Assembly (NCBI GenBank): GCA_965366625.1
Contig: CBDUGP010000022.1
Span: 21,165 to 85,164 of the forward strand
DNA: 64,000 nt
From: an uncultured bacterium
GTDB taxonomy: Bacteria > Acidobacteriota > Thermoanaerobaculia > Multivoradales > J023
Direction: 5' to 3'
Translations under genes and position numbers: made by a program
Shown here: piece after piece, positions 1 to 7,626 of the stretch
How the letters are laid out: each line of letters begins with the position of its first letter
Numbering within the stretch: the first letter of the stretch is position 1
The notes under the pieces: generated by a model
The model's database searches: none
What the model was told of the DNA's origin: nothing
What the model saw: only the letters and a program-made list of their open reading frames with translations

Positions 1-103
1 GCCCGAGGCTCAGAACATCCTGCTCCAAGAGGAGCGTCCGTCCTTCCTCAGGGCCGCTGACCACGACCAGCTTCGGTTCTACTCGGGATTTTCTTGCGTC
101 CAT
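1..103 (-). CDS. 5' fragment of a probable FHA-domain protein (runs off the window edge)
   Basis: Not in the ORF track. My translation from the ATG at 103 is MDARKSRVEPKLVVVSGPEEGRTLLLEQDVLSLG(R), which resembles the first strands of an FHA domain up to the GR motif. Confidence 0.55.
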   Translation of the reverse strand, partial: MDARKSRVEPKLVVVSGPEEGRTLLLEQDVLSLG

Positions 104-390
104 TCCGACGAAGTATAGCGGCTGCTCCAACCCGCCGATAGCGATCCGAATTGTCCTGTGGATTCCATGGTCCAACGCCCCAAGGCCGCCGACGCCTTGG
201 GCCAGGATTGAGCGAAGCGCTCAACTGTTGATCGACATAGGCCCGGACTCCGATTTCAATAAAATGCCATAAGTCTTTTTATAACAATCTTTCGTCGCTC
301 CTCGACGAGCCCGCGCAAAGCCGGCACTGCCCTTGCTCTAAGGCTTCTTGACCCTAGAACAAAGCTCAACAAGAACTCAAAGGAGCCATC

Positions 391-3300
391 ATGTTTCCCA
401 CTCCCCAAACGCCCCAGCTCAGAACGCCCCAGCTCGCTCGCCCCACGGATACGACTTTCAGGAAAGCCCGCGCCCATCTTCGATCGAATTCTCGATGGCG
501 AGCCGTCCTACTGTGCACCCTCGCCCTATTCCTGTGGGCCACCCTGCCGGCAGCCGCCGCCACGCCCAGCGATACCGAAGCACGGCAGATCATCGAAGAT
601 CTCTACACCCTTTACGGCCAATATTCAGAAGGTAGCGGAGAGCGACTAGAACTCAGCCTGTCCAACTTCCAAACCGTGACAATCCCTGAATTTGAAAGGT
701 GGGTGGCGATCGATTTCGTCTCAATGCCGGACGGCCAAGTGCTCTCTACGGAGCTCAACTACTTTTCCGAATCGCCCGAAGGCTCCAGAATGGTGACTTC
801 CCACGAGTGGAAAGACGCCTCATTTAGCTATGAAGTCAGCCCCGGAGGTTTCGATCCCGCGAAAACCAGCCTTGCAGAAGCCCTCGCCATGGAAGCTCCA
901 TCGGATTCTCGCTGGAGCCAAGTGGCCTTCGCGACCCGCTACAAGGTCACTATCGACCTAAAGGACCATCAAAGGACCTATGACGCTGCCGTGTTTTGGG
1001 TCGACAACCCATTCCAAAGTCAGGTTGGCTACGAAATGATGCTGGTCGACCACGTGGCCGACGGTATCCACTCCGTCGCTAACCTGCCGGCACCTCCCGC
1101 ACTAGATCCCACTTTCCTGGACCAACGGATGGCGGAAATTGAAAACGGTGGAGCCTGGCACCCCGACTCGGGTGGCATCGAGTCGGCCGCCAAGTCCCAG
1201 ACCTGCACTCCTGATTCTTTTACCCGACCGATTGATTGGATCCACATCGACGAGACAGACCACTACTTTGGAATGCACTTCATCAATGGCCGAGCCTCGA
1301 TCGAGTGCCGTTGTGATTCGAGGTGTGTAAATACCTGCATACCTACCATTACCTCTCTGAGTTGTGACGACACCGGATGGCTGACCGAATGGAACCCGTT
1401 CCATGTCAAAGCTCTGGCGTCGGACGTGAAGAGCTGGGCCGGTAGCCAACCGGGCGCCCAAGCTTGCATGGCAGCGGTTAACTGCGCGGTTCGCGGTTGC
1501 TTGACACCCTTTTGCGCATTCTCGGCCGGAGCCGAGATCAACGGCATCGGCGGTGTAGAGTTTTCATTTACGCCCAACGATCCCATGTGGTCGTACACTC
1601 ACGGCCTTCCCCAGGAGTGCCAGCCTTGTGAGCAGAAATTCCGCGTGGGTTTCGACGTCCAAGGTTTGGGGACCATTCAACCCCCTCCGGCATTGGAGGT
1701 CACCCTCCAACCTCTCGACGGCAGCAGCCCCGGCCCCGACTTGGTGCAAACACCCACCCAAGACGGACGGCTTTTATTCAATCGCAAAATCGCCGACGGC
1801 ACCCACTTCAATATTCGCGTGACCTCAGGGGGCGAATATTGCCAGGTAGCCTCCGGCGGCACCGGTCAAGTCAGCGGCGGAGATTGGGTCAACACCATCA
1901 TCCAATGCCAGGACCCCTGTGCCACCGGCAGCCAGCCCGGCGGCGGAGGCTCCAGCGAGGAACCGAGCGGACCGGGCAAAAGCACAAAATCCGACGGTTG
2001 TGGCGGCGGCGGTGGCTCGGAGACCAAAGCGCGCATCTCTTTCTTACATTGGGACAACGTCGGCACGTTTCCCCCTGGATCCAAAGCCTCGGTGACCTTG
2101 ACCGAAAACGGCGGCGGCAGCTCCACCATGAACACGGTGATCGATGCTCCTACCGAGCAAATTTTCGGCGAAAAGATCGTCGAACAATACTTCACCCAAA
2201 ATCCGATCGACGGTGCCACCTATTCGGTGGAGGTTCAGGAAAGCAACGAGGATCATTTGCGCTGCCAAGCCCTAACCCCGACCATCGAAGCGGGAACCGG
2301 CGAAAAAGCCGAGGGGTTGTGCATCAGCGTGCCCCAAGACTGTGAGCACAAACCAGAGTGGTGCCCCATCCAAGGTGCCGGCTCCGGTAGCCATTCCTGC
2401 CATTATTTGGTGCTCAACATCCACTACATCCGCTGGAAATGCGTCAAAGTGGGCGACGACTACGATTGCACCACCACTCCCTTCACCACCCAGATTTATT
2501 TGGGTGCGGTGTGCAGCGCCAAGGCGGCCGGCGACCAGACGACCTACCTGCCACCTTATCTCTACCTGCGCAACGACGAGGACCTGACCTACTCCGGTGA
2601 CATGGAGATCATGGGCGTCGCCCGATTGGACGATGGTCAGATCGGCGACTTGGTGATCACGGTCGACGGTGACGAAACCCTGGTGCGCAACGTCCAGACC
2701 AACCTCTACGACGAGTACACCTGCACCGAAATCTCTTCCGCCAACTGCAATGCCATGTCCAGATTCAAGGCCACCCTGGATACCACCCAGCTGAGCAATG
2801 GTGAGCACGAAATCAGCGTGCACGCCACCCGGGCCGACGACATGACCAGCAGCCACTACACAGTGATCATAGTGGTCGACAACGAGAATCGCCCGGCCGA
2901 CGATTCTCAACTCACCGACCACACCTTCCCGTCGGCCATGGCCTGCGGCGAGTCCCAAAACGTGTCGTTGACCTTGGAGAACACGGGGCATGCGACTTGG
3001 GTCGGTGGATCAGCTTACAAATTGGCTGCGGTCGGCAACTCGGACCCCTTCACCTCGACCACTCGAATCGCCATTCCCAGCGGCACCAACGTCTATCCGG
3101 GTCAAAGCCACACCTTCGAACTCGAGCTGACGGCACCCCTCAACGAGGGCAACTATCGCTCGGATTGGCGCATGGTCCACGAAGGGGTGACCTGGTTCGG
3201 CAATCGCTTGGACGAGGTCATCACCGTGCAATGCTCGGAGCCGGCCCAAGATCCCTATTTGGGCTCGCCGGTGACGATCCGCTTGAGCGGTAGCCGCATC

Positions 3301-4182
3301 GAAGCCGAGCACTTCGACTACGGGGGCGAGGGGGTGGCCTATCACGACCTCACCGCCACCAACGATGGCGACGCATCGGTTCGCGAAGAAAGCGTCGACA
3401 TCTCCGACCGTGGCACCCTCTACTCCGTCACCCACACCCTGGGCGGCGAGTGGATGGAATACACCGTCGACGTGGAGAACTCCGGCCTCTACGACATCAA
3501 GCTGCGGGCGCAAGGCAACAATGTCGACGGGGCGAGGATTCGCCTCTACCTCGAAGGTCAGCCGCTTACCGACACGACGGTCATCCCCAATGCCCCTTGG
3601 CAATCCGTGGTGATCGAAGATGTCTACGTGCCGGCGGGCGACGACAAGATCCTACGTTTGTTGGTCGAAGCCGGCGGCTTCTGGCTGGATTGGATTGAAT
3701 TCGTGGCCCCCGGCCCCGAGCAAGCCCCATACTTCGGCAGCCCGTTCGCAGTCGGCTCTGGAACCACCCGCATCGAAGCGGAGCACTATGACATCGGCGG
3801 CGAGGGATTGGCCTGGGAAGACGTGACCGCCGGCAATGACGGCGGCGCGCTACGCTCGGACGGAATCGACATCACCCGCCGAAATACCATCTACGCGGTC
3901 ACCCACAATCGCCCCGGCGAATGGTTGGAATATACGGTCGACGTCGCCTCGTCCGGCTTCTACGACCTGCACATCCGGGCTGAAGGCCACAATCCGGACG
4001 GGGCCGCGCTGAGTCTCAAGCTCAATGGCGCCACCCTCACCCAAGGCGTCGTGGTCAGCGAAGGTAACTTTCAGACAATCACCGTCGACGACGTTTACCT
4101 CTCTGCCGGTCAAGGCAAGATCCTCCGGATCGAAATCGACACGGGCGGATTCTGGTTGGATTGGATCGAATTCGAGCGCTGA
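391..4182 (+). CDS. Secreted modular protein: Cys-rich N-terminus, Ig-like units, NBR1-type Ig-like domain, two C-terminal CBM6-like domains
   Basis: RBS AAGGAG before ATG 391 and a signal peptide ending LPAAAA. NBR1-like block ENTGHATW...YPGQSHTFELELTAP...YRSDWRMVHEGVTWFG. Two repeats IEAEH(F/Y)DxGGEGxA...GEW(M/L)EYTVDV...GGFWLDWIEF. A terminator follows. Confidence 0.85.
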   Translation: MFPTPQTPQLRTPQLARPTDTTFRKARAHLRSNSRWRAVLLCTLALFLWATLPAAAATPSDTEARQIIEDLYTLYGQYSEGSGERLELSLSNFQTVTIPEFERWVAIDFVSMPDGQVLSTELNYFSESPEGSRMVTSHEWKDASFSYEVSPGGFDPAKTSLAEALAMEAPSDSRWSQVAFATRYKVTIDLKDHQRTYDAAVFWVDNPFQSQVGYEMMLVDHVADGIHSVANLPAPPALDPTFLDQRMAEIENGGAWHPDSGGIESAAKSQTCTPDSFTRPIDWIHIDETDHYFGMHFINGRASIECRCDSRCVNTCIPTITSLSCDDTGWLTEWNPFHVKALASDVKSWAGSQPGAQACMAAVNCAVRGCLTPFCAFSAGAEINGIGGVEFSFTPNDPMWSYTHGLPQECQPCEQKFRVGFDVQGLGTIQPPPALEVTLQPLDGSSPGPDLVQTPTQDGRLLFNRKIADGTHFNIRVTSGGEYCQVASGGTGQVSGGDWVNTIIQCQDPCATGSQPGGGGSSEEPSGPGKSTKSDGCGGGGGSETKARISFLHWDNVGTFPPGSKASVTLTENGGGSSTMNTVIDAPTEQIFGEKIVEQYFTQNPIDGATYSVEVQESNEDHLRCQALTPTIEAGTGEKAEGLCISVPQDCEHKPEWCPIQGAGSGSHSCHYLVLNIHYIRWKCVKVGDDYDCTTTPFTTQIYLGAVCSAKAAGDQTTYLPPYLYLRNDEDLTYSGDMEIMGVARLDDGQIGDLVITVDGDETLVRNVQTNLYDEYTCTEISSANCNAMSRFKATLDTTQLSNGEHEISVHATRADDMTSSHYTVIIVVDNENRPADDSQLTDHTFPSAMACGESQNVSLTLENTGHATWVGGSAYKLAAVGNSDPFTSTTRIAIPSGTNVYPGQSHTFELELTAPLNEGNYRSDWRMVHEGVTWFGNRLDEVITVQCSEPAQDPYLGSPVTIRLSGSRIEAEHFDYGGEGVAYHDLTATNDGDASVREESVDISDRGTLYSVTHTLGGEWMEYTVDVENSGLYDIKLRAQGNNVDGARIRLYLEGQPLTDTTVIPNAPWQSVVIEDVYVPAGDDKILRLLVEAGGFWLDWIEFVAPGPEQAPYFGSPFAVGSGTTRIEAEHYDIGGEGLAWEDVTAGNDGGALRSDGIDITRRNTIYAVTHNRPGEWLEYTVDVASSGFYDLHIRAEGHNPDGAALSLKLNGATLTQGVVVSEGNFQTITVDDVYLSAGQGKILRIEIDTGGFWLDWIEFER

Positions 4183-4205
4183 CCCGCGTGGCTCGATGAT
4201 TCGGC

Positions 4206-4238
4206 AAAAGAGGCCCGCTTCGGCGGGCCTCTTTCTTG
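4206..4238 (+). terminator. Rho-independent terminator, probably bidirectional
   Basis: 12-bp perfect stem AAAGAGGCCCGC-TTCG-GCGGGCCTCTTT followed by CTT, 24 nt after the stop at 4182. Confidence 0.85.
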
Positions 4239-4327
4239 ATTCAGGCTGCTATTCCGAGGCTGAGCCCACCTCGGTTCCGCGCCGAGCCCAAGGCTCGATT
4301 TTCGTCGATTGCTGGTAAGCTCGATGC

Positions 4328-5011
4328 ATGAGAACACTACGCGGTTGGACGGCCAGAGCCTTGCTGTTGACCACGGCTCTGATGATCGGGGGCTGTGAGG
4401 GCTGCCGCAAGCAGGTACGAGGCAAATACTTCGATTCACTGGAAAAAGTCGGCATTGAAAAACGTGAAGTGCTGGTCAAGAGAGTCGACAAGGCACGAGA
4501 CGCCCAAGAAGAAGCGCAAAAGCAATTCGAGGACGCCTTGGAAGAACTCCAAGCCCTCGTCGGCCACGACGGCGGCGAACTCGAAGCCATGTACGACACC
4601 TTGAAGGGTGAATTCGAAGGTGCCGAGGCCCGGGCGGAAAATGTGCGCGATCGCATCCGCAAAGTTCAGAATGTGGCCCAAGCTCTATTCGAGGAATGGC
4701 GGCAAGAGATCGCCCAATTCGACAACGCTTCTTATCGACGGGAGAGCGAAGGGAAGCTAGAAGAAACCAAGACTCGCTACTCGGAGTTGTTGGGCAAAAT
4801 GCAACAAGCCTCCGATTCCATGGAACCGGTGCTGAAAAGGCTTCACGATCAAGTGCTTTATCTGAAGCACAATCTCAATGCCCAAGCCCTGGGCTCCCTC
4901 GGCCAAGAGGCCGAGCTACTGCAGACCGACGTCGGCCGATTGATCACCGACATGCAGGCTTCGATCGCGGAAGCCGACCGATTCATCGCCGACATGACCG
5001 AGAAGGATTGA
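4328..5011 (+). CDS. DUF2959-family lipoprotein
   Basis: Lipobox-like LMIGGC. YFDSLEKVGIEKREVLVKRVDKARDAQEEAQKQFEDALEE and HDQVLYLKHNLNAQA match my recollection of DUF2959. Confidence 0.8.
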   Translation: MRTLRGWTARALLLTTALMIGGCEGCRKQVRGKYFDSLEKVGIEKREVLVKRVDKARDAQEEAQKQFEDALEELQALVGHDGGELEAMYDTLKGEFEGAEARAENVRDRIRKVQNVAQALFEEWRQEIAQFDNASYRRESEGKLEETKTRYSELLGKMQQASDSMEPVLKRLHDQVLYLKHNLNAQALGSLGQEAELLQTDVGRLITDMQASIAEADRFIADMTEKD

Positions 5012-5266
5012 ACCCGACCAGCCGACTGCACACGCCGGGCCCTCTGGCCCGAAGGTCGGCGCGGCGTCGCGCCTCGATTGAAGTCGGTCATGTCGGTGTT
5101 GGATTCGTCCCCACTGGTCCAACCGCCCCCGAACGAAAGTCCCGGAGTCCGATGCTCGGACCAGATCCTTGAAACGAATTTAGCCCCGAATTCACCTAGT
5201 TCGTGAGACCGCTCCGCGGCACTACCCCCCAGCACACGACTCCAGCGGATAAGGACACGGTGATAA

Positions 5267-5917
5267 ATGGCTACAATGACGGTAATTAGCCGAAGAAAGT
5301 TTTCGATGGTGCAGTGTTTCGACTCGGCCTACATCGATCGTCTACGCAAACGTGATCCGGAGACCGAGCAGCATTTCGTCTCCTATTTCTCGGATTTGCT
5401 CGCCATCAAGCTGCGCGCCCGCTTGCGCTCGCGACAGATGGTGGAAGACGTCAAACAAGAGACCTTCCTACGGGTCTTGCGCGCCCTGCGCTCGCCCCAG
5501 GGTATTCGCCAGCCGGAGCGGCTGGGAGCCTACGTGAGTTCCGTTTGCAACAATGTGATGTTCGAGCACCTACGGGCTCAAGGAAAGCACCCCACGGCCT
5601 CCGAGGAAGCCATTTCGTTGGTGAGCGAAAACGGCGGCGGCCCAGACGATGCTCTGGTGACCAAAGAGCGCAAAGCCCAAGTTCGAGGCATCATCGAAGA
5701 TCTACCCGCGAGGGATCGCGGTGTTTTGAGGGCGGTTTTTTTGGAAGAGCAGGACCGCGACCAAGTCTGCGCCGAGCTGGGCGTCGATCGCAGCTATCTG
5801 CGGGTCCTGCTGCATCGGGCAAAAACCGAATTCCGTAAGGACTTTCTCCTGCGCCAAGCCGCTCGCGACGCGAGCACCGCTTGGGGCCGCGGCAGGTTGC
5901 CGAACGGGGAGCATTAA
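5267..5917 (+). CDS. ECF (sigma-70 family) RNA polymerase sigma factor
   Basis: Region 2-like VEDVKQETFLRVLRAL and region 4-like RDRGVLRAVFLEE...VCAELGVDRSYLRVLLHRAK. The next gene starts 2 nt after the stop. Confidence 0.88.
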   Translation: MATMTVISRRKFSMVQCFDSAYIDRLRKRDPETEQHFVSYFSDLLAIKLRARLRSRQMVEDVKQETFLRVLRALRSPQGIRQPERLGAYVSSVCNNVMFEHLRAQGKHPTASEEAISLVSENGGGPDDALVTKERKAQVRGIIEDLPARDRGVLRAVFLEEQDRDQVCAELGVDRSYLRVLLHRAKTEFRKDFLLRQAARDASTAWGRGRLPNGEH

Positions 5918-5918
5918 A

Positions 5919-6695
5919 ATGAATCATGCAGAGGCCCTTCAGTCGCAGTGTACGGAACGCTATTTATTGGGAGAGATGAGTTCCGAGGAGCAGCTCGAAT
6001 TCGAAGAGCACTTCTTCGATTGCCGAGAATGCGCCGACGATGTCAAAGCAGCGGTGGCTTTCACCGACAATACGCGCGCCCTGCTTCAGCAAAGCGAATC
6101 CCAAGGCCACGAACTCTTCGGTCGGCCCGCACCGGCAGAAGGCGAAGATACACCCTCGGCTTCCCACACCCATCGGTCGTCCAAATCAGACGGTGGCGCA
6201 GACCTGATTCCCTTCTTGCCGCGCCGGCTTCAACCCCCCCCCGCCTTGCTCGCAGCGGCCATGCTGCTGATCCTTTGCGGCACAGCCTTCCAAAGCTTGG
6301 TGGTGATTCCCGATCTCCATCGCCGACTGGCCGACGCCCAGAGCCCCCAAGCGGTGAGCTGGCAATTCCTCTCCGTCTCCCGCAGCTCCGTGCCGGTGGT
6401 ACAGCTGTCCTCCGACCATCGATGGGTCGGTCTGCGTCTGAGCCAAAGCTTCGAGCGAGCTTTTCCCCATTATCGTTGTGAACTTGAAGACAACGACGGC
6501 CGGGTCGTACAAAGCGCCGTGATTCCGGCACCGCCTAAAAATGAAGAGCTGAGCATTATCTTGCCCACCTCGGGGCTACCCACGGGCGAGTATTCCTTGG
6601 TGTTGTCCGGTTTGGAATCCCGGTCGGGCCCGACCGCGGCGCCGGAAATCTCTCGTTATTCACTCAAGCTAGAAAACAAGCTAGACAACGAATGA
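5919..6695 (+). CDS. Putative anti-sigma factor: zf-HC2 zinc finger, TM helix, extracytoplasmic domain
   Basis: ERYLLGEMSSEEQLEFEEHFFDCRECADDV (HxxxCxxC) and a hydrophobic helix ALLAAAMLLILCGTAFQSLVVI. Coupled to the ECF gene. Confidence 0.82.
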   Translation: MNHAEALQSQCTERYLLGEMSSEEQLEFEEHFFDCRECADDVKAAVAFTDNTRALLQQSESQGHELFGRPAPAEGEDTPSASHTHRSSKSDGGADLIPFLPRRLQPPPALLAAAMLLILCGTAFQSLVVIPDLHRRLADAQSPQAVSWQFLSVSRSSVPVVQLSSDHRWVGLRLSQSFERAFPHYRCELEDNDGRVVQSAVIPAPPKNEELSIILPTSGLPTGEYSLVLSGLESRSGPTAAPEISRYSLKLENKLDNE

Positions 6696-6770
6696 GCCCA
6701 GGGGGCGACCAGGGGCGACAGGGGCCCACTGGCGCGTCTATCTCAGCTGACATCAGGAGAAGGAGCCGAA

Positions 6771-7598
6771 ATGAACTCTCTACGTTCCGATCTGAAAGAA
6801 CGATTCTTTTACCGGGGTAACGCCTTCGCCATCGGCGGTTATATGAACCGCCCCCACAAGGAGATCATCGAAACCCAGGCGTCGAGCGTCTTGCCCAACA
6901 TCGGTGGCGGCACCCGAGCAGAAGTGGCCGACTATCGCTATCGGGACCTGATTTCTTTCAGCTCGGCCCGCAGCAAAACCCTGGGAAACATGGAGGAGCG
7001 CGACGGCGAGCGCATTTACAACACCCTGTCGACAGTCACCGTAGAAAATCTCAACATCGCCGACTTGATCACCGCCGATCGAGTGGTCGGACGGTTGGTT
7101 TCGGAGCGTCACGAAGGCCAAAAAGAGCTGCCGATGCTGCCGGTAGGTAGCTATATTTCCAATTTGAGGATTGCCGGTGAGCCGGTTGAACTACCCACCC
7201 ACACCGTGCTCTTCCGGGCCGCGACCGTGCAAGAAATCAGCGAGCAAAGGGATAACGGCGCGCTCGACGGAATGGGGGGCGCGCTCGACATTCCCCGCCT
7301 CGAAGGAGTAGATCCCATGGGCGGGGGTCGTCGTTTCGAAGATCACCAAGTCCTAACCTCGCTCTACTCCCTACCCCGACGTCTACCTTCCGGCAGCCAA
7401 TCCGGCAAGACCCACATGGGCGAGCCTCTCTACCCGTGGGGCATCCACATCCGAGGCTTCGGCACGGTCTATTTCGGTGAGTTCATGATCACCCGTTACT
7501 CGCGTAGGCTCACCATGATTCGTCTCGACCTGGGATCCCCTGAGGACGGTGAGGTCTCGATCGTGTCGACCGACGGAAACGGATGCACCTATCCTTGA
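6771..7598 (+). CDS. Hypothetical protein of the ECF-CHAT cluster (choice-of-anchor P-like, tentative)
   Basis: RBS AGGAG...ATG and no signal peptide. Blocks ETQASSVLPNIGG and TVENLNIADLITADRVVGRL resemble proteins I associate with acidobacterial ECF/CHAT loci (from memory). Confidence 0.6.
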   Translation: MNSLRSDLKERFFYRGNAFAIGGYMNRPHKEIIETQASSVLPNIGGGTRAEVADYRYRDLISFSSARSKTLGNMEERDGERIYNTLSTVTVENLNIADLITADRVVGRLVSERHEGQKELPMLPVGSYISNLRIAGEPVELPTHTVLFRAATVQEISEQRDNGALDGMGGALDIPRLEGVDPMGGGRRFEDHQVLTSLYSLPRRLPSGSQSGKTHMGEPLYPWGIHIRGFGTVYFGEFMITRYSRRLTMIRLDLGSPEDGEVSIVSTDGNGCTYP

Positions 7599-7626
7599 TC
7601 TTCGATCTTGTCCTTGATCTTCGATC

